Source of the DNA: an uncultured Candidatus Saccharibacteria bacterium
Lineage (GTDB): Bacteria; Patescibacteriota; Doudnabacteria; UBA920
Length of the DNA stretch: 64,000 nt
Reading direction: 5' to 3'
Assembly: GCA_964434195.1 (NCBI GenBank)
Contig: CAYSUI010000004.1
Span: 4,245 to 68,244, forward strand
Each line of letters starts with the position of its first letter. Within the stretch, counting starts at the first letter, position 1. This document shows positions 8,247-17,987 of this stretch, piece after piece. The notes under the pieces were generated by a model, which saw only the letters and a list, made by a program, of their open reading frames with translations, had not been told where the DNA came from and did not search any database. The position numbers were made by a program, and so were the translations under genes.

Positions 8247-11200
8247 ATGAATTTCACTCATTTACATTGCCACACCCACTACTCGTTATTAGATGGCCTA
8301 AGCAAACCTGAACCCTTAGTAGAAAAAGCAAAAAACCTTGGAATGACTGCTCTTAGCATAACTGACCACGGAGTGCTTTATGGTGCTGTCGAATTTTACA
8401 ACCTATGTCATGATGCGGGCATAAAACCCATAATAGGAATGGAAAGTTATGTAGCCCCACGAACCCGTTTCGATAAAGAAGGCAAAATCGATAGCGATTA
8501 TTACCATCTAACCCTACTCGCAAAAAATTACACAGGTTATCAAAACCTTCTTATGTTAGCCAGCCTTTCTCACACCGAAGGTTTTTACTATAAACCCAGA
8601 GTAGACAAGGAGCTACTTCAAAAATACCACGAGGGTATTATTGCTCTATCTGGTTGCCCAAGAGGAGAAATCGGTAGGAAATTACAGACAAGCACGAAAG
8701 AAGGTGAGAAAGCCTTAGAAGAATATTTAAACATTTTTGGTAAAGAAAATTTCTATATCGAACTCCAGCGCACCAGTGCAAACCCTGATCCAGAGTTAGC
8801 AAAAATATTCGACTCAATGGCCGAGTTAGCCAAAAGAAAAAATATACCCGTAGTCGCCACTCAAGACTCTCACTATATAGACAAAGAGGACGCCGAAGCT
8901 CAAGACATTATGGTCTGTATAGGAATTGGAAAAACAGTAAACGATCCAAACAGATTGGACATGCGTCAGCATGACCTATCGCTCAGGTCCCCGCAGGAAA
9001 TGATAAATCTTTTTAAAGATATTCCCGAAGCAATCGAAAATACTAACAAGATTGCTGAAATGTGCAATCTCGAAATTCCAATTAACCAAAGATACTTCCC
9101 TAAGGTAAAACTTCCAGAAGGAAAAAGCGCAGAGGAACACCTCACGGATACAGTTCACGAAAAATCTTACGCTAAATACGGAAAAGACGGAAGCATTCCT
9201 GAAGAAATACTCACTCGAATAGACTATGAGCTAGATATTATTTGCAAAAAAGGATTCGCACCGTACTTTCTAATGGTCGCAGATATTGTTCATGGCTCAC
9301 ACGAAATAGGTGCAATTACAAACACAAGGGGATCTGCTGCTGGTAGCATTGTTGGTTATATACTCGAAATAACCAATGTAGACCCACTCTACTACGAACT
9401 TCCTTTCGAACGCTTTTTAACTATGCACCGACCCACCCCACCCGATATTGACCTCGATATTTCTGACGTAAAAAGAGACGATGCAATTCGCTACATCACA
9501 GAAAGCTATGGTAAAGACAAGGTTGCTCAAATTATTACATTTGGAACAATGATGGCAAGAGCAGCAGTAAGAGACGTAGGTCGAGCACTAGGTGTCGCAT
9601 ACGGAAAATGCGACCGCATTGCCAAAATGATCCCAATCGGTAAACAAGGTTTCCATATGACCTTGGACAAAGCTATCGAAATGTCAGCCGAGCTAAAAGA
9701 AGTCTATAAAAGAGATCCCGAAACTACAAAAATAATCGACATCGCAAGGCGTTTAGAAGGCTGTTGTAGACACGCCTCTATTCACGCTGCTGGAATTATC
9801 ATTACTCCGGTTCCTCTTACCGACATTGTTCCTTTGCAAAAAGAACCTGACGGAGAAAGAATGATTACCCAATACGATATGTATTCACTCGATGTGAACG
9901 CTAAGGGTAACGCTATCGGTGCAATCAAGATGGATTTGCTCGGAATTAGAAACTTAAGCATTCTAGAGCTTGCGGTTAATTTAGTAGAAAAAAGACACGG
10001 GAAAAAAATAGATATCTATAATCTCCCCCACCCAGATAAAGCTACTTTTGAATTACTTTCAAAAGGTTTGACCTTTGGTGTCTTTCAACTTGGGTCAGGT
10101 GGTATGACTCGCTACCTAAAAGAGCTTAGACCTACAAATATTTTCGACCTCTCAGCAATGATCGCCCTTTATCGTCCTGGCCCCCTCCAATTCATTCCTC
10201 AATTCATAGCAAGAAAACATGACCCAAAACTTATAACTTACCTAGACCCTTCTTTGGAAAAAATACTTCAAAGAACTTATGGAATTTTAGTTTATCAAGA
10301 TGACCTTTTAACCATCGCCCACGACCTAGCTGGTTACTCCTGGGAAGAAGTAGATAAATTTAGAAAAGCTGTAGGAAAAAAAGACGTGGAGGTTATGGCA
10401 AAAGAGAGAGGTAAATTTATAGATGGTTGCGTAAAAACTGTAGGGTGGAGTAAAAATAAAGCCGAAGAAGTATGGGCATGGATAGAACCCTTTGCCGCAT
10501 ATGGTTTCAATAAAAGCCATTCTGCAAGCTACGCTGTTGTTTCTTATCAGACTGCTTACATGAAAGCTAACTTTCCTGTTGAATTTATGGCTTCTGTTAT
10601 GACCTGTGAAAGCGGCAATGAAGATAAAATTTATGCCGCAGTAGAAGAATGTAAGAATTTAAAAATTACAGTACTCCCACCAGACGTAAATGAATCCTTC
10701 GGAGATTTTACAGTAGTAGATGAACACACTATTCGTTTTGGTCTAAATGCTATAAAAAACTTAGGTAGTGATGTCGTAGAACAAATTATTAAACTAAGAT
10801 CAGAAACAAAAGAAAAAGTCCCATTTAAAACTCTCGAAGATTTTCTAATTAAATGCCATACCAAGAACTTAAATAAAAAATCATACGAAGCCTTGGTAAA
10901 AGGAGGTGCATTAGATAGATTTGGCGAGAGAGGAAACCTAATTTTCAACACAGAGAGAGTTCTAGATTTTCTAAGAGAGCATTTTAAAATTAAAACAGAT
11001 GGACAAAATTCTTTATTTGGTAAATCTTTTCAAATTGGAAAGCTCAAACTAGAACCCTCCGGAGAAATATCCGAGCAAGAAAAACTTACCTGGGAGAAAG
11101 AACACCTGGGAATGTACGTAACTTCACATCCCCTAAAAAATTACAAAAAAGTTTTGAGTAATTTCGGTTCCATAAACGCACTTCAGGACGTACCCCTCGG

Positions 11201-11711
11201 AGCGAGTGTTCACCTCGGGGGCATGATTTCAAAAATGAAAAAAATGCTAACCAAAAAAAATGATCCTATGGCAATTTTTACCCTAGAGGATTTAACTGGA
11301 AGCATGGAAGTCATAGTTTTTCCAAAAACCATGGCTCAAGTAGTCACATTGCTTGAAGTTGATAGAGTAATTGAACTAACCGGAAAACTTAACGACAAAG
11401 ACGAAGAACTTAAAATAATCGCAGATTCAATAAAAATTCTCCCAAGCGACGAAATATATCAGATGGCCTTAAGCGAGATGGAAAAAGAAAAACAAGTCCA
11501 TATTCACATCTCCAAAAACGGAACCAAAGAGACACTGAATTCAATCAAAGAAATACTTACCAAATTCCCTGGTAACGCTGAAGTGGTGTTAGATATAACA
11601 ACCGAAGAAGGTGTTAAAAAAATCAAAACCCACACGAAAGTTTCAATTTCTATGGACCTTATAGATCAATTAACCGCTTTAAAAGAAGTAAGCATGGTTG
11701 GGGAAAAATAG
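8247..11711 (+). CDS. dnaE: DNA polymerase III alpha subunit
   Basis: 1154 aa. N-terminal PHP domain (HLHCHTHYSLLDG), polymerase core and an OB-fold C-terminus. Confidence 0.9.
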   Translation: MNFTHLHCHTHYSLLDGLSKPEPLVEKAKNLGMTALSITDHGVLYGAVEFYNLCHDAGIKPIIGMESYVAPRTRFDKEGKIDSDYYHLTLLAKNYTGYQNLLMLASLSHTEGFYYKPRVDKELLQKYHEGIIALSGCPRGEIGRKLQTSTKEGEKALEEYLNIFGKENFYIELQRTSANPDPELAKIFDSMAELAKRKNIPVVATQDSHYIDKEDAEAQDIMVCIGIGKTVNDPNRLDMRQHDLSLRSPQEMINLFKDIPEAIENTNKIAEMCNLEIPINQRYFPKVKLPEGKSAEEHLTDTVHEKSYAKYGKDGSIPEEILTRIDYELDIICKKGFAPYFLMVADIVHGSHEIGAITNTRGSAAGSIVGYILEITNVDPLYYELPFERFLTMHRPTPPDIDLDISDVKRDDAIRYITESYGKDKVAQIITFGTMMARAAVRDVGRALGVAYGKCDRIAKMIPIGKQGFHMTLDKAIEMSAELKEVYKRDPETTKIIDIARRLEGCCRHASIHAAGIIITPVPLTDIVPLQKEPDGERMITQYDMYSLDVNAKGNAIGAIKMDLLGIRNLSILELAVNLVEKRHGKKIDIYNLPHPDKATFELLSKGLTFGVFQLGSGGMTRYLKELRPTNIFDLSAMIALYRPGPLQFIPQFIARKHDPKLITYLDPSLEKILQRTYGILVYQDDLLTIAHDLAGYSWEEVDKFRKAVGKKDVEVMAKERGKFIDGCVKTVGWSKNKAEEVWAWIEPFAAYGFNKSHSASYAVVSYQTAYMKANFPVEFMASVMTCESGNEDKIYAAVEECKNLKITVLPPDVNESFGDFTVVDEHTIRFGLNAIKNLGSDVVEQIIKLRSETKEKVPFKTLEDFLIKCHTKNLNKKSYEALVKGGALDRFGERGNLIFNTERVLDFLREHFKIKTDGQNSLFGKSFQIGKLKLEPSGEISEQEKLTWEKEHLGMYVTSHPLKNYKKVLSNFGSINALQDVPLGASVHLGGMISKMKKMLTKKNDPMAIFTLEDLTGSMEVIVFPKTMAQVVTLLEVDRVIELTGKLNDKDEELKIIADSIKILPSDEIYQMALSEMEKEKQVHIHISKNGTKETLNSIKEILTKFPGNAEVVLDITTEEGVKKIKTHTKVSISMDLIDQLTALKEVSMVGEK

Positions 11712-11721
11712 GAAGCAAACA

Positions 11722-11750
11722 TTGACATAATTCAAAAAAAAGTGTAATAT
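11722..11750 (+). promoter_or_regulatory. near-consensus sigma70 promoter (TTGACA-17-TAATAT, TG-extended)
   Basis: TTGACA at 11722-11727, a 17-nt spacer, and gTGtAATAT at 11742-11750. A TATAAT also occurs at 11748-11753. Confidence 0.55.
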
Positions 11751-11757
11751 AATGGGG

Positions 11758-12320
11758 CTAGAAAGGCATAACCTCTTCTGTGAATTCACTGAATAGGTTT
11801 CCCAATAGCCCTGTAATGCACATTTTAAAATTAGGTTTTCAAGTGGTTTCCTAGTAGTAAGAAATACTTTCTTTTTTATTGCCAGGAAACCACTTGCCGG
11901 AAAAGCTTCGGCGAGCGCAACCTGCACGCAAGTGCAGGCATCCCGGTTGCACAACCGACCCAAAGACAGGTTTCCTTGCTATGGTAGAGAAAAAGTTTAC
12001 ACCAGAGCAAGTCTTTGGGTAAGTAACTATATCCGTCAGAACATGCTAACTAAGTAATGCGCGTTCTGGCACCTCGGAGTCTGCTGCCCCCCCCTTATTT
12101 TTACTCGGCAAGCAAGACTCCTAGTCGAGGAGCGGTAGCAGCAAGAACCCAATGCCCTTGGTTCAACTACCGCTCCTCTGGGGCAAAAAGCAATTCGGCG
12201 TCTATTGAGAAGGGCTAATTTGCTTGCCCCAAGCAGCCGCTCAATTAGACGTAGTCAAAAACCTAATGTGCTCACAGGAAAAGCCGACTCGAAATATATC
12301 GGGCCGGCTTTTTCTCTTGT
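11758..12320 (+). ncRNA. unclassified ~560-nt highly structured GC-rich RNA with its own promoter and terminator (candidate large ncRNA or thrS leader)
   Basis: No ORF. Stems:
- 14-bp stem, 11840-11854 with 11882-11896.
- GCUUCGGC (UUCG tetraloop), 11905-11912.
- CUGCAC-GCAA-GUGCAG (GNRA), 11923-11938.
- GGUUG-ca-CAACC, 11945-11956.
- GGAGUCU/AGACUCC.
- 12-bp GAGGAGCGGUAG/CUACCGCUCCUC, 12127-12138 with 12167-12178.
- GCGUCUAUUGAG/CUCAAUUAGACGU.
It ends in the terminator at 12283-12320. Confidence 0.45.
12283..12320 (+). terminator. intrinsic terminator closing the structured RNA upstream of thrS
   Basis: GCCGACUCG-aaauauau-CGGGCCGGC stem (8 of 9 bp) followed by UUUUUCUCUUGU. Confidence 0.6.
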
Positions 12321-12349
12321 TTGACTTCCCTAAGCCAAACTCTTAATAT
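12321..12349 (+). promoter_or_regulatory. candidate sigma70 promoter for thrS (TTGACT-17-TAATAT)
   Basis: TTGACT at 12321-12326, a 17-nt spacer, and TAATAT at 12344-12349. It starts immediately after the terminator U-tract. Confidence 0.4.
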
Positions 12350-12524
12350 TCCAATATATTTATCACTAAGACCCGACTACCACTCGGCGAGCGATTACAA
12401 ATTTAATAAAATAGCTAACTGGGTTGGAACCGTCTGGTCAACAACTAGACCCCAGAATTTATTTACCATACTTTTGGTAATTAAATTCTGGGTTTTATTT
12501 TTTATTAACATCTAAAATTAGACT

Positions 12525-14273
12525 ATGCAAAACGAAATACTCCAAAATAAAAGACATTCACTCGCCCATCTCTTAGCCGCAGCAGTAATGGAATTATGGC
12601 CCAACACAAAACGTGCCATCGGCCCCGCTATCGACAACGGATTTTATTTTGACTTCGAATTTAAAGAACCTATAAACGAAAAGGATTTAGAAAAAATCGA
12701 AAAGAAAATGAGAGAAATATCCAAAAGCTGGACAACATTTGAAAGACACGAACTTACAGCTGAGGAAGCCAAAAAAGAGTACCCCAATAATCCATACAAA
12801 CACGAACTGATAAACGAGTTTACAAAAAACGGAGAAAAGGTAAGCTTTTATAAATCCGGTGAGTACTGGGATCTTTGCAAAGGTGGTCACACTGAGAACT
12901 TTAAAGACATAGTACCGAGTAGTTGGAAATTAGATAAGATCACTGGTGCATACTGGCGGGGCAATGCCGAAAACACTATGCTCACTCGCATCTATGGCTT
13001 AGCTTTCGAAACCAAAACTGAACTCGAAGATTATCTAAAAATGATCGAGGAAGCAAAAAAAAGAGACCATAAAAAACTAGGCCCCGCCCTAGACCTTTTC
13101 ACTTTCTCAGAATTGGTTGGTCCTGGCCTCCCGCTTTGGACACCTAAAGGCACCTTAGTAAGAAGCTTACTGGACGACTTCGTCTGGTCACTCAGAAAAG
13201 CTAAAGGTTACGAGAAAGTAGAAATCCCCCATATCACGAAAAAAGACCTCTACGAAACCAGTGGTCATTGGGACAAATTCAAAGACGAATTATTCCGTAT
13301 AAAAACTAGAGAAGGGCACGAATTTGCTATGAAACCCATGAATTGCCCTCACCACACGCAGATCTACGCCAGAAAACCACATTCGTACAAGCAACTTCCT
13401 GTTAGATTCGCAAATACAACTGTATGTTATAGAGACGAACAAACCGGTGAACTCTCAGGATTATCCAGAGTAAGAGCATTCGCACAAGACGACGCCCATG
13501 TCTTCTGTAGAAATACTCAGGTCAAAAAAGAAATGGAAGCGGTTTGGGACATTATAGAAAGTTTTTATACTAGCTTCGGATTCAAATTAGAAGTAAGACT
13601 CTCTTTTCACGACCCTGAACAAAAGGAAAAATATTTAGGCTCTAGTGAAAACTGGGAATTCGCAGAATCACAACTTAAAAAATTAGTCGAGGATAGAAAA
13701 GCTAACGCTGAAATAGTCCCCGGTGAGGCAGCATTTTATGGTCCTAAAATAGATTTTCTAGCCCATGACTCCATAGGAAGACGCTGGCAAGTAGCAACAA
13801 TCCAAATGGACATGAATATGCCAGAACGTTTCAATTTAAATTGTATTAACGAAGAAGGAAAAGAAGAGAGGGTCGTAATGATACATGCAGCAATAATGGG
13901 TTCGATAGAAAGATTTCTATCCATATTCATTGAACATTCAGCCGGCAACTTCCCACTTTGGCTTGCCCCAGTCCAACTTGCAATCCTACCCATCTCTGAC
14001 AAATTCAATAACTACGCCAAACAAGCAAAAGAGGAGCTAGAACAACACCTAAAAAACCTCAGAATCGAAATTGACGACAGAAGCGAATCTATAGGCAAAA
14101 AAATTCGCGAATCAACTATCTCAAAAATCCCCTACCAAATAATAGTTGGCGAAAAAGAAGAACAAAACCACACTCTATCTGTCCGCGCAAGAAATGGCGA
14201 AGATTTAGGTACTAAAGGAATACCAGAATTCGCTAAACACTTGCAATCAGAAATTGAAAGCAAATCTAACTAA
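12525..14273 (+). CDS. thrS: threonine--tRNA ligase (lacks the N-terminal TGS domain; starts at the editing domain)
   Basis: 582 aa. HSLAHLL...IGPAIDNGFYFDFEF aligns with the E. coli ThrRS editing domain from about residue 70. Class II motifs, the zinc ligands and the C-terminal anticodon-binding domain are present. Confidence 0.9.
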   Translation: MQNEILQNKRHSLAHLLAAAVMELWPNTKRAIGPAIDNGFYFDFEFKEPINEKDLEKIEKKMREISKSWTTFERHELTAEEAKKEYPNNPYKHELINEFTKNGEKVSFYKSGEYWDLCKGGHTENFKDIVPSSWKLDKITGAYWRGNAENTMLTRIYGLAFETKTELEDYLKMIEEAKKRDHKKLGPALDLFTFSELVGPGLPLWTPKGTLVRSLLDDFVWSLRKAKGYEKVEIPHITKKDLYETSGHWDKFKDELFRIKTREGHEFAMKPMNCPHHTQIYARKPHSYKQLPVRFANTTVCYRDEQTGELSGLSRVRAFAQDDAHVFCRNTQVKKEMEAVWDIIESFYTSFGFKLEVRLSFHDPEQKEKYLGSSENWEFAESQLKKLVEDRKANAEIVPGEAAFYGPKIDFLAHDSIGRRWQVATIQMDMNMPERFNLNCINEEGKEERVVMIHAAIMGSIERFLSIFIEHSAGNFPLWLAPVQLAILPISDKFNNYAKQAKEELEQHLKNLRIEIDDRSESIGKKIRESTISKIPYQIIVGEKEEQNHTLSVRARNGEDLGTKGIPEFAKHLQSEIESKSN

Positions 14274-14275
14274 AC

Positions 14276-14312
14276 TTAAAAAACAGCATGGATCACCTTG
14301 CTGTTTTTTAAA
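14276..14312. terminator. bidirectional terminator between convergent thrS and rarA
   Basis: AACAGCA-uggaucaccu-UGCUGUU hairpin flanked by an A-run and a U-run. It overlaps the rarA stop. Confidence 0.55.
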
Positions 14313-15441
14313 TAGTGTAGTATTTTCTACCACGCAATTTCTCAGGGAGATAGTCTTTATCGGAATACATCTCGTATCCAGATCCATATCCAATATCTTT
14401 CATAAATTTTGTGGGAGCATTTCTTAACTCGAAAGGCACCTCAAGATTACCTAAATTCTGCACATCCTCTTTTGCACGAAGATAAGAATCATAAACCTTA
14501 CGGCTTTTAGGTGAAAGAGAAAGATAAACAACCCCTTCGGCTAAATTTATCCCACATTCAGGATAACCAATAATACTACAAGCCTGAAACACAGCATTCG
14601 CAACACCAAGAGCACCCGGATCTGCCATACCTATATCTTCTGAAGCAAATACAACCATTCTTCTAGCAATAAATAAGGGATCTTCTGCTGCCTCTATCAT
14701 TCTATTCAAATAGTATAAAGCAGCATCTACTTGACTTGCCCGCATGCTTTTAATAAAAGCAGAGATTATATTGTAATGCTCTTCACCTTTCTTATCGTAC
14801 CTTAGAATGCTCGACTGAAGACTTCTTTTTAAATTTTCAAGCGTAACCTCAGAATACAATTTACCAACATTTTCCAAAATACCTATAGCTTGTCTAGCAT
14901 CTCCACCTGATTGACCTACTAGCAAATTAATTGCTTCCTCTTCTATAGGTATTCCGGTGCTCAAAATAATACCCCTCAAAGATTCTGTACCTAGCTGTTT
15001 TAGCGTAAAAACTCTGCACCTAGATAGCAAAGCCGGTATCACTTCAAAACTAGGATTTTCTGTAGTAGCGCCTATTAAATAAATTTGGCCGGATTCCACG
15101 AAAGGAAGCAAAAAATCTTGTTGAGCCTTGTTAAACCTATGTATCTCATCTAAAAACAATATTTTTGTTTTTCCTAAAAAAGTAGGCAAGTCTAAAATCT
15201 GCCTCACCTGATCCTTACCCGCGGATACGGCCGACAAAGTAAACATTTCTGCCCCAACGGATTTTGCGTAAATCTTCGCCAAAGTCGTCTTACCAGTACC
15301 AGGAGGTCCCCACAAAATAAAACTAAAAATATGTTTTTCTAAAATAGCTTTACGAATTGGCCCATCCTCACCCACCAAATGCTCCTGCCCAAAGTACTTA
15401 TCCAGTGCTAATGGTCTAATTCTATTTGCTAATGGTTCCAT
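14308..15441 (-). CDS. rarA: replication-associated recombination protein A (AAA+ ATPase RarA/MgsA)
   Basis: Walker A GPPGTGKTTLA, Walker B LFLDEIHRF, and the typical RarA C-terminal helical domain. Confidence 0.85.
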   Translation of the reverse strand: MEPLANRIRPLALDKYFGQEHLVGEDGPIRKAILEKHIFSFILWGPPGTGKTTLAKIYAKSVGAEMFTLSAVSAGKDQVRQILDLPTFLGKTKILFLDEIHRFNKAQQDFLLPFVESGQIYLIGATTENPSFEVIPALLSRCRVFTLKQLGTESLRGIILSTGIPIEEEAINLLVGQSGGDARQAIGILENVGKLYSEVTLENLKRSLQSSILRYDKKGEEHYNIISAFIKSMRASQVDAALYYLNRMIEAAEDPLFIARRMVVFASEDIGMADPGALGVANAVFQACSIIGYPECGINLAEGVVYLSLSPKSRKVYDSYLRAKEDVQNLGNLEVPFELRNAPTKFMKDIGYGSGYEMYSDKDYLPEKLRGRKYYTI

Positions 15442-15514
15442 AAATTATTGTTTACTAATTTTCTACCATGATTCTTCTAGGTATACCTTTGTACACCTAA
15501 ATATACCATACTCA

Positions 15515-15550
15515 TAAAATAAAAAACATAGCACTTTTCCACATGCTATG
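15515..15550 (-). terminator. intrinsic terminator of gene 15546..16073
   Basis: Minus strand CAUAGC-auguggaaaagu-GCUAUG followed by UUUUUUAUUUU. Confidence 0.4.
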
Positions 15551-16073
15551 CTAGGTCATCATAATAATCCTGAGCCGCTTTTTTAAGCTCATCAATCCCT
15601 GTAGGACCGTCACCTTTCCCAGCTACGAAAAACGGACCAGGTGTTTTTCTGACTCCCAAAGCTGTCGATTTCTTTTTAACACCTTCCTTCTTTTTACTTT
15701 TAGGATCACCACTCACCCCCTCAACTAATTCCTGAAACATTGAGCCACAGGGAAAAATTTGAATATCAACCTCAGTAAACATAAAAGGATCATCGGGCAG
15801 CGGCTCCAAAACAATCTCATAATCAGGAATATCCGAAAAAGACAAATTGAAAATCTTAGCTTTGATCCTGTGAAGCCTTGTATATATACACAAAGCTTTC
15901 CGTATTCGAGTATCCAAATAAATATAAACCTCAATCCCTTCCCTATTTGAAAAATTTTCCTCCGTATTTTTTTTGCAAGGGACAATTATTTTTTTTGTCT
16001 GATTATCTACCAATGTCTCTACCACACGAAACATTCTAGGCTTTCTTTTTTTATTATTTTGATCCTGCATTGC
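15546..16073 (-). CDS. hypothetical protein
   Basis: The track ORF extends to 16208. The internal start MQDQNNKK at 16073 is preceded by a strong RBS (GAGGAGG-N5-ATG), so the 5' extension is rejected. No family recognised. Confidence 0.45.
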   Translation of the reverse strand, partial: AMQDQNNKKRKPRMFRVVETLVDNQTKKIIVPCKKNTEENFSNREGIEVYIYLDTRIRKALCIYTRLHRIKAKIFNLSFSDIPDYEIVLEPLPDDPFMFTEVDIQIFPCGSMFQELVEGVSGDPKSKKKEGVKKKSTALGVRKTPGPFFVAGKGDGPTGIDELKKAAQDYYDDLA

Positions 16074-16195
16074 GTCCTCCTCGCAAACTTGTGGGAAACC
16101 ATAAACTTGTCGGAAAACTATAACAATTCTAGGGTATCCATTTTTGGGAGAAAAAACAATAGTCAAACAATTTACCAAAAATAAAAAAAGATGGA

Positions 16196-17485
16196 TCAAA
16201 ACTTCCACCTTGCTGGTATAACCAGAATACCACTTTCTGTTTTTATAGGTACGGGAACTGGTCGTTTTCCAGACTGCAGGCGAACAATCGCCTCATCAAA
16301 ATCCAGCGTACCTTCAGGGTAATATCCACCACCCAGGACTGTCCCTGGTGGTACACATACCCCCTCACCAAGAATTACCTTTTTCAGAACAGAACCTGTC
16401 CCTATCTGGCAATTTCTTAGGGTCACTACCGTTTCCAGAGTGCTTTTGTCAAAGACTCTTGTACCCGGACTCAAAACAGAATTATAAAGCTCAGTATCTT
16501 GGGCCAAAATGACACCTGCTCCAAGTAAACTAGCCTCACAAATAGCAGCGTCCAGCTTCACAGGACCAGGATAGACATTCCCAGGCACTCCGCGGTAAAT
16601 CGGCCATTTTTCATTATACAAATTGAAATGCCTTCCACCTTTCACCGCTAGTAATTTTTGTACTTCGAGATAAGTCTCATGAGTTCCTGCATCAAACCAG
16701 AAACCCTGCTGGAAATCAGCAGAATTATCAATAATATTACTAGCAATATCGTAGCCAAGCACTTCCTTCTGCCCTATCAACCACTGTATGCCGGTATTAC
16801 TCAAATTTGGTCCAGGATCAGCATCGGCTATATGGGCTATCATCTCAATGTATGCTTGCTTGTCCATGCAGTAAATTGCAGTATTCGCACAAGTTTGAGT
16901 TGGATCAAATGAATCAGGATAAGGATTTTCTGGTTTTTCAGCCATAGATTCAACCAGACCACTCTCCGACAACTTTACTACTCCCAATTTTTTCCTTGCC
17001 TCTTCAATCCCAACTTTCTTATACACCAGTGTCGCATGAGCACCTACTTTAAACATTTCATCAAAAACTTGTTCAAAATCCAGTGCCCAAATCTGGTCTG
17101 CATTGAGCAAAATCACATAGTCAATTCCATCTAACTCCAGAAACTCATGCACCCGTCTTAGAGCATGTTGGTCAGACAAAAACTGATCTTGTTGATAGAA
17201 AGGCATGCGGACTGAACCGAACTCTCCTCTACCCGATGCAAAAATTGCTGGATATGAATTAACATGCTCGGTAATCACATGCGGTAAATGCTGAGCGATC
17301 AGCACTATTTTACCAAACCCAGAATTCAACAAGGAAGATATTGGAAAATCGAGCATCACATAGTCTGCTCCAACAGGCACAGCAGGTTTCGGAACACTGG
17401 CTGTAATTGGCCAGAGTCTATTCCCTTCACCACCACCAATAATAATCCCAAGTGTATTCTTGAAATTCGGTTTCGGTCTTTTCAT
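16196..17485 (-). CDS. glgC: glucose-1-phosphate adenylyltransferase-like nucleotidyltransferase (GlgC family)
   Basis: N-terminus GIIIGGGEGNRLWPITASVPKPAVPVGADYVMLDFPISSLLNSGFGKIVLIAQH matches the GlgC signature. The C-terminal left-handed beta-helix region is present. Confidence 0.65.
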   Translation of the reverse strand: MKRPKPNFKNTLGIIIGGGEGNRLWPITASVPKPAVPVGADYVMLDFPISSLLNSGFGKIVLIAQHLPHVITEHVNSYPAIFASGRGEFGSVRMPFYQQDQFLSDQHALRRVHEFLELDGIDYVILLNADQIWALDFEQVFDEMFKVGAHATLVYKKVGIEEARKKLGVVKLSESGLVESMAEKPENPYPDSFDPTQTCANTAIYCMDKQAYIEMIAHIADADPGPNLSNTGIQWLIGQKEVLGYDIASNIIDNSADFQQGFWFDAGTHETYLEVQKLLAVKGGRHFNLYNEKWPIYRGVPGNVYPGPVKLDAAICEASLLGAGVILAQDTELYNSVLSPGTRVFDKSTLETVVTLRNCQIGTGSVLKKVILGEGVCVPPGTVLGGGYYPEGTLDFDEAIVRLQSGKRPVPVPIKTESGILVIPARWKF

Positions 17486-17574
17486 TTTTCCTCCAAAATA
17501 TAGACTAAACTTAATAGCGCTAACTCAAGTTAGCGCCGGTGACAATTATATACATTTTTTACATTCTCTGTAAA

Positions 17575-17982
17575 CTAGCCAATTATCTCTTTTAACCACT
17601 CCCACCTAAGTGGAAGCTTAATAGCATGATCTTTCGCAAACCAAGCAACATCTAATAATTCATCATTCAAGCCTGTCAAATCGCCCCCTACTATCCTAAC
17701 TTCAAATAAATGAATATCAATCTGTTTATCGTTTTCAGAAAAAGGACCTTTGTACTCCAACCCACTTACAGTCCGCACTAGCAATGGTTTTACAATTTCC
17801 ACCTCGTAACCAGTTTCTTCCTTCGTCTCTCTTACACAGGCGATATCAGGTGTCTCACCTGGATCTACATGCCCACCAGGAAAACACCACAACCCATAAG
17901 GCTGTCTCCCGCCTTCCTGGACAAGTAGAACCCTCCCGTCTCTCTCCAAATAAGCAAAACTTACTGGTACATTACCTGACAT
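17575..17982 (-). CDS. NUDIX hydrolase
   Basis: Nudix box GGHVDPGETPDIACVRETKEETG. Confidence 0.7.
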   Translation of the reverse strand: MSGNVPVSFAYLERDGRVLLVQEGGRQPYGLWCFPGGHVDPGETPDIACVRETKEETGYEVEIVKPLLVRTVSGLEYKGPFSENDKQIDIHLFEVRIVGGDLTGLNDELLDVAWFAKDHAIKLPLRWEWLKEIIG

Positions 17983-17987
17983 ATTCT

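Noticed and set aside
11758-12320. tmRNA, RNase P RNA or T-box identity for the dnaE-thrS structured RNA
   Set aside because: No resume-codon tag ORF ends in a hydrophobic/AA tail and there is no tRNA-like 3' end. Only a P4-3'-like CAGAACAUGCUAAC was found, with no complementary AGGAAAGUC-type partner. The T-box AGGGUGGNACCGCG consensus was not found. This is left as unclassified rather than forced into a family.
16074-16208. 5' extension of ORF 15546..16208
   Set aside because: The internal ATG at 16073 has a textbook GAGGAGG RBS. The extension is hydrophobic, of low complexity, and reaches into the glgC 3' end.
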